A DNA stretch of 64,000 nt from an uncultured Chloroflexia bacterium (GTDB lineage Bacteria > Chloroflexota > Anaerolineae > Anaerolineales > DRKV01): NCBI GenBank assembly GCA_963824065.1, contig CAWGNX010000002.1, forward strand, positions 488,794 to 552,793. The letters run 5' to 3'. Below the pieces are notes generated by a model. It saw only the letters and a program-made list of their open reading frames with translations. It made no database searches and was not told where the DNA came from. The stretch's first letter is position 1, and every line of letters starts with the position of its first letter. Both the position numbers and the translations under genes were made by a program. This document shows, piece by piece, positions 19,410 through 29,213 of this stretch.

Positions 19410-21125
19410 TTACCTGACGATCACCTGCTGGGCATAGACGCTGGAAGAATTTCCGGCTGCATCAACAGCGAACCAGTGCAGCGTGGTGGTTGACATAAAC
19501 TGCAGGATCTCACCCGGCTCGCGAATCCCGCTGGAGTTGTAGACAGGTGAATCCATGGTCGGTTGGCTGCCATCGGTTGTGTAGTAAACCGAGGCAGGCT
19601 CGGATGTGGCGATCTTGACCATCGCCAGGCCGTAGAATGGCTTACGCCCAAAGCGGGCATCGGCCGCGTCCGTGAGCCAGGCAGTTGGCGGAGTGCTGTC
19701 GCGATCCACATCGAGGGCCAGCTCGAGCATTTCGATCAGCCCGTTTGAAAATTCCTGCGATTCGGCATAGGCTTCCGTCCAATTCGGTTGGAAGCTCGTG
19801 CCAAACTCGAAATCCCAGGCATAGATGTCATTATCGTAATACAAATGGTCTCCCGAGTTACCGGCGGCAGAGTACAGCACGTCAATGACAGGTCCCGTGC
19901 GGGCAGGCGTAACCACCAGGCCGCGATACTCGCGGATGGCCTGGAGGATGCGCGCTGATGCGTAGTAGAAGAAGTTCTCCTCACCGAAGGAAGGGCGCGG
20001 CAGGCTGATCCGCCTGGGGACGATGTAGGCTGCCGGCGACCACATGAAGTAATTGCCGGAGGAGTGGATGTTCATGGAAAACTTGATATTGGGGAAAGCG
20101 TCGGCCACCCAGGCCACGTTTTTCGATTCGGGCTCGGAGAGTTCAGCAGGACCCGAATACGTTGTGCCGACGCAAGAATCATCTGCACCAAAGTACCCAT
20201 CAAACAATGAGCCAACGGGGTAATTACGATTTACATCCACCCCAAAGGAATTGCGGCGGTTCAAGTCGTTGTTGTCACCACGCGGGCAGTAATTGGTCAT
20301 ATTCTTGCGCTGGAAGCTGGCATCGTAAAAGTTGTAATGCCCGCCGTCCGGGTTCACCGAAGGCAGGATGAAGATATCCAGGTTGTTAAGCAGCTCCTTG
20401 GAGGCGCCGCTGGCATAGTTCCGCAATAGGCGCTCGGCGGTTTCGATGGTCACCAGCGGGGGCACCCACTCGCGTGCGTGTTCCTGGGCGTAGAAGAAGA
20501 CTCCGGGGCGAGACCCATCGCGGTGCTTACCAATGCGCAGGATTTTGACCTGGAAAGGCTCGCGGGAAATCTCCGCCGGGGCACTCAAATAATCGCTCAT
20601 CGCGATCCTCTCGGGGGCCACTAGACCGGTAGCCGAGCTGCCGCGGTACGGGTCGGCATATACCAGTGCACTGGCAGAAGGATCGGCGTTGAGCGCTGCA
20701 ATCACCTGGGCGGCGGTGGAGGTGGTGGCGCCGGTTGAATCTGTCGCCAGCGAGACGAGGATGTCGTTCCCGTTTACGCTCACCGACAGCGGGCTGTCTG
20801 CTGCACCCGGATCGACGGCGGAGACGGTGATGTCATTTCCGCCTTCATGACCCCATGCATAAGACGTCAGGGCAACCCGCGTGCTGGTGGTCGATCCCAG
20901 CAGGCCCATCGCCTGGCGCCGGTAGCCGTTGGTCAGGTACGGCGCGTCGATGATTTCTGCCAGGTCCCGGAACTCGGCAGCCAGGGCTTCGATCCGCTCG
21001 TAAAGCTGAGTGGGATCCATGTAGCTGGAGACATAACTGCTGGAGTAGGTCGCGAACTCGCCATCTGGAACCCATTCGCTAAAAAAGGCTGTGTCGCTGC
21101 CGCCTTCACTGGAAACCACGGTCAC
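19410..21125 (-). CDS. M14 zinc carboxypeptidase with a C-terminal chitobiase/Fn3-associated-like domain
   Basis: FFYAQEHAREWVPP (M14 HxxE zinc motif context) and VYYTTDGSQPTMDSPVY near the C-terminus. The same frame stays coding-like upstream of GTG 21125 until the in-frame TAA at 21195-21197. Confidence 0.75.
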   Translation of the reverse strand: MTVVSSEGGSDTAFFSEWVPDGEFATYSSSYVSSYMDPTQLYERIEALAAEFRDLAEIIDAPYLTNGYRRQAMGLLGSTTSTRVALTSYAWGHEGGNDITVSAVDPGAADSPLSVSVNGNDILVSLATDSTGATTSTAAQVIAALNADPSASALVYADPYRGSSATGLVAPERIAMSDYLSAPAEISREPFQVKILRIGKHRDGSRPGVFFYAQEHAREWVPPLVTIETAERLLRNYASGASKELLNNLDIFILPSVNPDGGHYNFYDASFQRKNMTNYCPRGDNNDLNRRNSFGVDVNRNYPVGSLFDGYFGADDSCVGTTYSGPAELSEPESKNVAWVADAFPNIKFSMNIHSSGNYFMWSPAAYIVPRRISLPRPSFGEENFFYYASARILQAIREYRGLVVTPARTGPVIDVLYSAAGNSGDHLYYDNDIYAWDFEFGTSFQPNWTEAYAESQEFSNGLIEMLELALDVDRDSTPPTAWLTDAADARFGRKPFYGLAMVKIATSEPASVYYTTDGSQPTMDSPVYNSSGIREPGEILQFMSTTTLHWFAVDAAGNSSSVYAQQVIVR

Positions 21126-21194
21126 GTAGCCAGGACGACCGGAGGTGGACTGCTGGCGGAAATGGTAGATATAGACTCCAACATCAACAAAGGT

Positions 21195-22041
21195 TTACAG
21201 CGAGCGGCTGCCAGCCGGCGGCTGGCTGGGCAGAGGCGCGGCGCAGTCAAACGTACCGCTGCCAGAACCCAGGCTGGGGCCGCCGTTAACCCAAATCTCC
21301 CAGCTGTAGGTCGAAACGCCCTCGGTCGGCGGAGTTGGCCAGCTTACGGTAGCGCCAAAATCATCCGGACCCATGACATAACCTTCATAGACCAGGTCGG
21401 TCTTGCTGCCTGGATCGGTATAGCGAATGGTGTACTTAAAATACCGCTTTTTCCGGCACGGTTCCCATGCCTGCAGCTTCTTTACAGGTAATCCCAAACA
21501 GTGGGGCTGGTTCCCAGTAGGCAGTCATGCTTGCGCCAGTTCCCGCACTGGTTTTGGCCTCAATAGACAGTGCCTCACTTAAGTCGCTCTTCCAGTAGTC
21601 AGCGCGCAGCACCTGGACGGTGTCACCCGCTTCAGCCAGCAGCCCTGGTTGATCAGCAGGAGCGGCGAGGGCTGCCGAGCACTCAGCCATTGTCTCGGCC
21701 CACATTTCTGGATTGGAAACGGTTGCCAGGCGTTCAAAACCGACCGATTCAAGGAACGCCAGCTCGGATGGCATGGCTATAACCATGACCACGACCCCGC
21801 TGTCCGTTTGCACTATACCGTGATCCATGTCGAATCCATTGGCAATCAGCTATTCCACGGCGGCCTTGTCGGGTAGCAGCATCTGGGCGGCTTCGGCTGC
21901 TTCAAAATCATCCACCTGGGGTGGTGGCGGGTACGACTGGGCAGTGGCTGACAGGGAGAATGCGGCCAGTGCCAGGGCAACGATGGCAAGACATGTCACC
22001 AACCCCCAAACAATTTTCATTTTGCTTCTTTTCAAATCCAT
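21195..22041 (-). pseudogene. Probable N-terminal part of the same secreted peptidase (signal peptide plus beta-rich domains), interrupted by in-frame TAG and TAA and one frameshift
   Basis: ORF 21850..22041 starts with signal-like MKIVWGLVTCLAIVALALAAF. The TAG at 21850-21852 is in frame with ORF 21436..21828. ORF 21195..21497 ends in a TAA that is in frame with the M14 ORF. Confidence 0.45.
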
Positions 22042-22671
22042 CTTTAGTCTCCTTACTCAGTTATCGGCCGGTGTCGCGTTTAAGTGGAATCATTTCATCT
22101 GGCCGATTTCCGGTGCATACCGAAATGGCTGGACAAACTGCAGCCCACACCAGACCGCGTTTGCCCCGGTTCCTCTCCGTGTGTGTGTTTGTTCGAAACG
22201 TAAATACGTCAGTTGCGGGTTACTGCCAGCCAGACCCCGGATTCCAGGATATGGCAGTCAGGCATTCCGCTTGGCATTGGCACCTCCTGATAAGCAGGTA
22301 CATTCATAGAATATGTGCATCCGGACCGCGGACACCGCTGTAAGCCGGGATGTCTCCAGCCGCAGGGATGCCGTGGTTAACTTCAAATTGCCTGGCGGGT
22401 GGTTTGCCCACCTGGTTCCTGGTCGCTGGGAGGGGGATCAATAAATCGCACACAAATAAGCCGTTCACGGCGTCCTGCAGTCAGAGAGGAAGCGCCTCCA
22501 CGCAGGCAGGCAGCATGCACTTCAAGCCGGGGAATCATGGGACGGTTTGCCACCTGGCGGGTGATGACAGGCGGGGTTTCTGGCACAAGCGAACCTGGCC
22601 AGGTATTTTCATTTTCCAGGGTCGGGGTAGGCGTTGGAAGCAGCGCTGAACTGGCTGGAAAACAGGGACAT

Positions 22672-22694
22672 AATATTGATAATTAAGATCAGAT
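22672..22694. promoter_or_regulatory. Perfect 10-bp inverted repeat attaagatca-gat-tgatcttaat in an AT-rich, ORF-poor region
   Basis: Read directly. Confidence 0.25.
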
Positions 22695-22754
22695 TGATCT
22701 TAATCTAATTCATTATAGCAAGTGGAGTGCTTTGTATAAAATAAATAAGAAATT

Positions 22755-23039
22755 TCACAATGCCGCAACCGGCAGAGATATGGCATCGGCGCGGGTCAGG
22801 GCTGCGCCAGGATCGCGTGCCTGGGCAGGCATTCCGGCTGGAAAATCGAAGCCAAATGTCGCATAGCCATGGAAAGAAAGCGCCGCCAGCCATTGCCCGG
22901 TGCCGCAGCCAGCTTCCAGTACACGCCTGGGATGGATCTTTTGAGCCAGGGAAAGCAGAGCGGCTTTCGTGGTGCGCATCGGGCTGGCTTTATAGCGTTG
23001 GTCATTATTTTGGGCGAGGGGGTCGTAGTCCAGTTTCAT
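22755..23039 (-). CDS. Class I SAM-dependent methyltransferase fragment (short, probably truncated)
   Basis: The VLEAGCGTGQW glycine-rich SAM motif is present, but only 94 aa. Confidence 0.45.
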   Translation of the reverse strand: MKLDYDPLAQNNDQRYKASPMRTTKAALLSLAQKIHPRRVLEAGCGTGQWLAALSFHGYATFGFDFPAGMPAQARDPGAALTRADAISLPVAAL

Positions 23040-23172
23040 TTCTCTTTCATTTTATAAAGAAACCGCTTGTCGGTGGGTTAGAGGACAATTCCACCTGTGC
23101 AGCCAGGGCTAGGCCAGCATGCTATAATTCCGAAGCTGTTTATCGTCTTTTGCTACCCTGCTTGCATCCATT

Positions 23173-24777
23173 GTGTCCAATATCCAGAGCTACCCCATGC
23201 CGAACCACCTGCCCACGCTGAATGAGTTATGTCGTCTGGCATTCAGCGACCCTGTGCATTGGATTGCCGGTGATCCAGGCGGGGTTGAGCAAGTTCAATG
23301 GGTCACCTCAGCGCCTGATGAAGTCAAACTTGATGATTTGCTCCTGGTCGATGGCAACCGGCAGGACCTGGAGGTGCTGAGCGGCGAGATGAGCCGCAAG
23401 GGTGCGGCAGCTATACTGCTGGTTGATCTTAAACCCGGGAGTAAACCGCAGGTGAGCGGAAAACTTCCGGTGGGCGCAATCACAGAGGCTGGCGATCTAT
23501 CCAGTATTCTGCGCAGGCTGCTCACCATCGTGATCAACCACCGGGTTGCCCTGATGGAACGCGGGGTCCAGATTCATGCACATCTCTCCCAACTGGCAGC
23601 GGAGGGGAACGGACTGGTGGGGATTGCGCAGGCGATGAGTGAGATTACCGGGCGAGGCATCTTAATTCAGGATAAACGCTTGCAGATCCAGGTGCAGTGC
23701 TCCTCCCACTCGCTGCTTGCCTACTGGGATGAAATACTGAAGCATCTTACGGAGCTCAACAGCCTGCCTGAAAACCTGCGAGATCGCAAACAGGCTGGTA
23801 AATATCCCAATGTTTTTACTCAGGAGATCCCCGGGGGATTGCGCCGCCTGGTCTCACCGATCATCGTCAGTGAAGTCGCCCGGGGCTACCTTTCCCTGGT
23901 GGGCATGGCAGATGAGATCGATTCCCTTGACCAACTGGTGGCAGAGCAGGGTGCGCTGGTCTGCGCCGTTGAAATGGCGCGCACCAAAGCTGTGCGTGAG
24001 ACAGAAAAGCGATTAAAAGGGAACCTGCTGACGGCTTTATTACAGGATGAGCTCTCGCCGCGTGATGCTTTGTTGTGGGTCCAGGAAATGGGCATCAACC
24101 CGGGTCGCCCTTACGTTGCAATGCGCTTCGCCTGGGAGGGAAACCCGGCACCCTCCATGCGGCGGATGGAAACAAGAATCAATGGGGCTGTTGCCCGCCT
24201 GGGACTAAAAACATTAATCAGCTCGATGGAGAAAGAAATTATTTGTTTCTGCCCACACGACCCTGCCCGCCATAATGCCGAGGCTGCCCGGGCTCTCGGA
24301 AGGGCTGCTCTGGTCATGGAAGCCGGTGAGCCTGCGGGTGTACAGCTCCTGTGCGGCATCGGTGCGCCAGCCAGCGATCTCTCTGAATGGCGGCGTTCAT
24401 TTCGCCAGGCCGGTCAGGCATTGGAAATGGCGCGCCGCCTGGGTACAAAGGAACCACTCTATTTTCCAGACTTATCGGTTTATCGTTTGCTCACGCAAAT
24501 TGAGTTTAATCCTGAGTTAGAAATCTTCCTTAAAGAAACACTGGGACCACTGCTGGAGTTTGAGGGTGGACCGGAATTACTGCATACGCTTGAAGCCTAT
24601 TTCGAACATAATGGGAATTTATCCCAGACTGCCGAGTCCCTATTCATCCATCGCAATACGCTGATTTACCGGATGGAGCGCATCTCAGAAATCCTGGTAT
24701 TAGACTTCGACCGCCCAGAAACCAGGCTTGCGGTGCAGCTAGCGCTTCACGTTAATCGGATGTTGGGCAGCTCCTGA
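23173..24777 (+). CDS. PucR/CdaR-family transcriptional regulator
   Basis: C-terminal PucR-type HTH: LLHTLEAYFEHNGNLSQTAESLFIHRNTLIYRMERI. Confidence 0.8.
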   Translation: MSNIQSYPMPNHLPTLNELCRLAFSDPVHWIAGDPGGVEQVQWVTSAPDEVKLDDLLLVDGNRQDLEVLSGEMSRKGAAAILLVDLKPGSKPQVSGKLPVGAITEAGDLSSILRRLLTIVINHRVALMERGVQIHAHLSQLAAEGNGLVGIAQAMSEITGRGILIQDKRLQIQVQCSSHSLLAYWDEILKHLTELNSLPENLRDRKQAGKYPNVFTQEIPGGLRRLVSPIIVSEVARGYLSLVGMADEIDSLDQLVAEQGALVCAVEMARTKAVRETEKRLKGNLLTALLQDELSPRDALLWVQEMGINPGRPYVAMRFAWEGNPAPSMRRMETRINGAVARLGLKTLISSMEKEIICFCPHDPARHNAEAARALGRAALVMEAGEPAGVQLLCGIGAPASDLSEWRRSFRQAGQALEMARRLGTKEPLYFPDLSVYRLLTQIEFNPELEIFLKETLGPLLEFEGGPELLHTLEAYFEHNGNLSQTAESLFIHRNTLIYRMERISEILVLDFDRPETRLAVQLALHVNRMLGSS

Positions 24778-24811
24778 CCGCAGATATCTGGAACATTTTG
24801 ATGAATTACAG

Positions 24812-24838
24812 CTCTTTTGTGCAATTTGCACAAAAGAG
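24812..24838. promoter_or_regulatory. 27-nt near-perfect palindrome ctcttttgtgcaa-t-ttgcacaaaagag
   Basis: 13-bp arms read directly, 35 nt after the PucR-family stop and upstream of the ilv leader. Confidence 0.35.
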
Positions 24839-24927
24839 GAGCGGTATCTATTGGGCATATTGCCTGTGGACACTGGCACCTGCCCTAAGTACACTTGTCC
24901 TAACGATAATGTAAGGATAGTCGATCT

Positions 24928-25041
24928 ATGTTTGCTGTTGCTGGGCTCGTCGTAATTATTTTAATTTCCATTCTGGTTCTTATCCTTGGGATTGAGAGCC
25001 CTACTTACGCTTGGACAGTCACGACGATCAGACGGCGATAA
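24928..25041 (+). CDS. Candidate ilv leader peptide (37 aa, Ile/Leu/Val-rich)
   Basis: AAGGA at 24913-24917, ATG at 24928. Product: MFAVAGLVVIILISILVLILGIESPTYAWTVTTIRRR*. I counted 17 of 37 residues as I/L/V, plus 4 Thr. A terminator follows and then ilvD. Confidence 0.55.
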   Translation: MFAVAGLVVIILISILVLILGIESPTYAWTVTTIRRR

Positions 25042-25063
25042 AAACGCACATCACAATCGGAAG

Positions 25064-25103
25064 AAAATCGGGGCTGCCCAAGCAAGGCAGCCCCGATTTT
25101 TTT
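25064..25103 (+). terminator. Intrinsic terminator (attenuator) immediately upstream of ilvD
   Basis: aaaatcggggctgcc caagcaa ggcagccccgatttt, followed by a T-run to 25103. ilvD starts at 25132. Confidence 0.75.
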
Positions 25104-25131
25104 CCGAATACATACATCAGGAGTAAAAAAA

Positions 25132-26808
25132 ATGCAAGGTGAGATGCGCTCGGATCGCATCAAAAAAGGATTTGAGAGAGCTCCCCACCGGGCGCTCTTA
25201 AAAGCTACGGGTGTCCGGGATGAGGACTTTTCAAAGCCTTTCATCGCGATTGTCAATTCCTACGTGGATATCGTCCCCGGGCACGTTCACCTGCAGGGTT
25301 TTGGAAAGCGAATTAAGGAGGCAGTCAGAGCAGCGGGTGGTGTTCCGTTTGAATTTAATACCATTGGTGTCGATGATGGGATCGCTATGGGACATGCCGG
25401 GATGAAGTTTAGCCTACCTTCCAGGGAATTGATCGCCGATAGTGTGGAGACGATGATCCAGGCTCACCAGTTTGATGGAATGGTGTGTATTCCAAACTGC
25501 GACAAAATTGTACCCGGCATGATCATGGCTGCGCTCAGGGTTGATATTCCGGCGATATTCATTTCGGGCGGCCCCATGGCTGCTGGAAAAACTCCTGATG
25601 GCGAGACGGTTGATTTGATTTCAGTCTTCGAGGGCGTAGGGGCATTCAAAGCGGGAAAAATTGATGCCGGGCGTCTAAAAATGCTGGAGGATTATGGCTG
25701 CCCAAGCTGCGGCTCGTGTTCGGGCATGTTCACTGCCAATTCAATGAACTGCCTGTTGGAAGTGATTGGATTGGCGCTGCCCTACAACGGCTCTGCACTT
25801 GCATTATCAGACGAGCGGGAGGCGCTTGCAGCCCAGGCAGCGGCACAGATTATGGATCTGGTGGCCCGCGGGATTACCCCGCGCCAGGTTGTTACCGCAG
25901 ACGCCCTTGACGATGCTTTTGCGCTGGACATGGCGATGGGGGGTTCAACCAATACCGTCTTGCATACCCTGGCGATTGCTCACGAAGCTGGCCTGACCTA
26001 CCCGCTCGAACGGATCAACCAGGTTGCCGATCGGGTTCCATATCTGTGCAAAGTCAGCCCTTCGGGCACCTGGCACATGGAAGATGTCCATAGGGCCGGT
26101 GGAATTCCTGCAATTCTCAACGAAATTGCCCGCTTGGGCAACACCCTCCATATGGACAGGATGACCGTCAGCGGCCAATCATTGGGCGCCTCCATCGCTG
26201 GAAAGACGGTTACCGACCATGATGTCATCCGGCCCTATGATAATCCGCATTCCCCGGTGGGCGGCCTGGCGATCCTTTTTGGCAACCTGGCTCCTGATGG
26301 GGCAGTGGTCAAAACGGGCGGCATCACGGCTGGCATGCGCCAGCATTCCGGGCCAGCCCGGATTTACAACAGCCAGGATGAAGCCATGCAGTCCATCTTA
26401 TCCCAGCAGGTGCAGCCCGGTGATGTGGTCGTCATCCGTTATGAAGGACCACGCGGAGGACCGGGTATGCAGGAAATGCTCTCTCCCACATCAGCGATTA
26501 TGGGTATGGGTCTTGGGGATCAGGTTGCTTTGATCACCGATGGCCGTTTTTCAGGTGGAACACGGGGTGCCTGCATCGGGCATGTCAGTCCCGAAGCAGC
26601 GGCAAACGGACCCATTGCAGCCCTGCAGGATGGCGACATTATCGATATTGATATTGCAGCGCGTTCGCTTAGCGTACGTCTTTCTGATCAAGAAATTGCA
26701 CAGCGGCTGGCTGAGCTGCCGCCATACGAGCCTTCTACCGAAAGCTCCTGGCTGCGCCGGTATGCACGCTTTGTCACCAGCGCCAGTACAGGCGCGATTT
26801 TATGTTGA
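25132..26808 (+). CDS. ilvD: Dihydroxy-acid dehydratase
   Basis: MRSDRIKKG..., [12 protein letters not shown], full length 558 aa. Confidence 0.95.
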   Translation: MQGEMRSDRIKKGFERAPHRALLKATGVRDEDFSKPFIAIVNSYVDIVPGHVHLQGFGKRIKEAVRAAGGVPFEFNTIGVDDGIAMGHAGMKFSLPSRELIADSVETMIQAHQFDGMVCIPNCDKIVPGMIMAALRVDIPAIFISGGPMAAGKTPDGETVDLISVFEGVGAFKAGKIDAGRLKMLEDYGCPSCGSCSGMFTANSMNCLLEVIGLALPYNGSALALSDEREALAAQAAAQIMDLVARGITPRQVVTADALDDAFALDMAMGGSTNTVLHTLAIAHEAGLTYPLERINQVADRVPYLCKVSPSGTWHMEDVHRAGGIPAILNEIARLGNTLHMDRMTVSGQSLGASIAGKTVTDHDVIRPYDNPHSPVGGLAILFGNLAPDGAVVKTGGITAGMRQHSGPARIYNSQDEAMQSILSQQVQPGDVVVIRYEGPRGGPGMQEMLSPTSAIMGMGLGDQVALITDGRFSGGTRGACIGHVSPEAAANGPIAALQDGDIIDIDIAARSLSVRLSDQEIAQRLAELPPYEPSTESSWLRRYARFVTSASTGAILC

Positions 26809-26857
26809 GCAACCCAAATAAGCCATCCTATCAATCAAAAGGCAAGGAGCGAATCAA

Positions 26858-28582
26858 ATGAAAAAATCGGGCGCAGATATTTTATGGGAATGCCTCATCC
26901 GTGAAGGCGTGGAGGTGGTATTTGGCCTGCCCGGGGGGGCGATCATGCCAGTCTATGACGCCATGCTGAATTATCCCGTTCATCACGTGCTGGTACGCCA
27001 CGAGCAAGGTGCTGCCCACATGGCAGACGGATATGCGCGCGCCTCCGGCAAAGTCGGTGTGGCAATCGCCACCTCCGGGCCGGGCGCAACCAACCTTGTG
27101 ACCGGTATCGTAACCGCAGCCATGGATTCATCGCCAATCGTTTGCATCACGGGCCAGGTCCATTCTCACCTGATCGGGGGAGATGCGTTTCAAGAAACCG
27201 ATGTTACCGGCATCACCTTACCGATCACCAAGCATAACTATCTGATCACGCGGGCTGATGAAGTCGCTCAGGTTGTGCGAGAGGCCTTTTACATTGCTCG
27301 CAGCGGGCGTCCCGGGCCGGTTTTGATCGATATCTGCAAGGACGCGCAGGTCGAAGAAGTTGAATTTGAGTATCCTGAAGATATTTCGCTCCCAGGTTAC
27401 CATCCTCCTACGCACGCCCCCCAGGCAGACCTGGAAAAAGCACTGCGTTTGATCGAGGGTGCGGAGCGGCCCGTAATTTTGGCCGGACACGGCGTACTGA
27501 TGTCGGGTGCCATGCAAGAGTTATGTCATTTTGCCAGGCAAGCCCAAATTCCGGTTGCCATGACTTTGTTGGGTTTGGGCAGCTTTCCGGCTTCAGATTC
27601 GCTCAGCCTGGGCATGATGGGAATGCACGGTGAAGCGTATGCCAACCTGGCGATCCAAAATGCCGATCTGCTGCTGGCATTCGGCATGCGCTTCGACGAT
27701 CGGGTAACCGGCAATCTGCGCACCTATGCTCCCCGCGCCCGAAAAATTCACGTCGAGATTGATCCCTCCGAAGTCCATAAAAATGTCCAGGTGGATGTTC
27801 CCCTGATTGGTGATCTTAAAACAATTTTAAGCGATTTGAACCCCATGTTGGCAAAGCTGCAGCATGATTCCTGGCTCGCACAGATCGCTGAGTGGCGGGC
27901 TGAAAGCGTGGCTCGCGACATCCTTTCCTGGCCCGATGACGGGAAGCTCTACACCGCAAAAGTTATCCGCGATATGTGGGAGCTCACCGCCGGCGAAGCC
28001 ATTGTGACCACAGGGGTGGGTCAGCACCAGATGTGGGCTGCCCAGTATTACGCGATGGATCAACCATTCCGCCTGATTACCTCCGGCGGTGCAGGGACAA
28101 TGGGCTTCGGCTTGCCTTCGGCGATTGGGGCGTGGTTTGCCCATCGGGATAAAGAAGTGTGGGTGGTGGACGGTGACGGCAGCTTCCAGATGACTCAAGC
28201 CGAACTTTCCACTGCCGTCCAGGAAGGCGCGAATGTCAAAATTGCCATTATGAACAATTCCTTCCTGGGCATGGTGCGCCAGTGGCAGGAGTTTTTCTTT
28301 GAAAGCCGCTACGCCGGGACCCCGCTCCTTGGCCCGGATTTTGTGAAGCTGGCAGATGCTCACGGCATCCCTGCCATGCGAGTTACTGAACCCGGCGACG
28401 TCGGCCGCGCACTAGATTTTGCGAAAAGCACGCCTGGTCCTGTGGTGCTCGATTTTCGTGTAGAACGCGAAGAAGCCGTTTATCCCATGGTGCCTTCCGG
28501 TGCGGACCTGGATGCAATGATCCGGCGGCCAATCCGGCGGCCCGCCCAGCACTCTCAGCCAGAAATGGCTGCCCAGGACTGA
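26858..28582 (+). CDS. ilvB: Acetolactate synthase large subunit
   Basis: ThDP-enzyme motifs: TSGPGATNLVTGI, GAGTMGFGLPSAIG...DGDGSFQM. Confidence 0.95.
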   Translation: MKKSGADILWECLIREGVEVVFGLPGGAIMPVYDAMLNYPVHHVLVRHEQGAAHMADGYARASGKVGVAIATSGPGATNLVTGIVTAAMDSSPIVCITGQVHSHLIGGDAFQETDVTGITLPITKHNYLITRADEVAQVVREAFYIARSGRPGPVLIDICKDAQVEEVEFEYPEDISLPGYHPPTHAPQADLEKALRLIEGAERPVILAGHGVLMSGAMQELCHFARQAQIPVAMTLLGLGSFPASDSLSLGMMGMHGEAYANLAIQNADLLLAFGMRFDDRVTGNLRTYAPRARKIHVEIDPSEVHKNVQVDVPLIGDLKTILSDLNPMLAKLQHDSWLAQIAEWRAESVARDILSWPDDGKLYTAKVIRDMWELTAGEAIVTTGVGQHQMWAAQYYAMDQPFRLITSGGAGTMGFGLPSAIGAWFAHRDKEVWVVDGDGSFQMTQAELSTAVQEGANVKIAIMNNSFLGMVRQWQEFFFESRYAGTPLLGPDFVKLADAHGIPAMRVTEPGDVGRALDFAKSTPGPVVLDFRVEREEAVYPMVPSGADLDAMIRRPIRRPAQHSQPEMAAQD

Positions 28583-28615
28583 ACCTTTCCATTTGAATGA
28601 CAGGAGAAAACCCTC

Positions 28616-29170
28616 ATGCAACAAACAATCATTGCTCTCGTCGAGGATAAACCTGGGGTGCTTAACCGGGTCGCATCCCTTTTCCGGCGGCGAAATTTCA
28701 ACATTTCCTCCCTGAATGTGGGCCATACCGAGCATCCAGAAATATCTCGTATGACCATCGTGCTCGAAAACGAAGAAAATAATGCCCGCAAAGCGGAGGT
28801 AAACCTGTACAAGCTGGTGAATGTGCTGGATGTCCAGGATGTCACCAACCAACCGGCTGTTACACGCGACCTGGCGTTAATCAAGGTGCGCGCTACCCCT
28901 GAGGATCGCGGAGAAATAGCCAGCCTAGCAGCCATTTTCCGGGCCAATATCGTGGATGTGGCGCCTGACTCGGTCATTGTGGAAATTTCTGGCACGGAGG
29001 ATAAAGTTGAAAGCTTGATCGAGCTTCTCCGGCCGAAAGGGATCCTGGAAATGGTCCGCACCGGGCAGGTTGCGATGCTGCGCGGTACTGCCTCCGGCAT
29101 CCGCTACGCACCTGGCGCGAATGGGCAAAGCACCAATGGTTATCACCAAATTAGCGATGAATGGAATTAA
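28616..29170 (+). CDS. ilvN: Acetolactate synthase small (regulatory) subunit
   Basis: ACT-domain start: IIALVEDKPGVLNRVASLFRRRNFNISSLNVG. Confidence 0.9.
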   Translation: MQQTIIALVEDKPGVLNRVASLFRRRNFNISSLNVGHTEHPEISRMTIVLENEENNARKAEVNLYKLVNVLDVQDVTNQPAVTRDLALIKVRATPEDRGEIASLAAIFRANIVDVAPDSVIVEISGTEDKVESLIELLRPKGILEMVRTGQVAMLRGTASGIRYAPGANGQSTNGYHQISDEWN

Positions 29171-29213
29171 ATCCGGGCGTCGTCCAGGCGCCTAAACCAA
29201 TTAAGGATCGAAT

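Noticed and set aside
21195-21852. In-frame TAG and TAA as programmed recoding (pyrrolysine or read-through)
   Set aside because: There are only two isolated cases, of different stop codons, in a locus that also has a frameshift. No pyl-type genes or recoding signals are visible, so decay or error is simpler.
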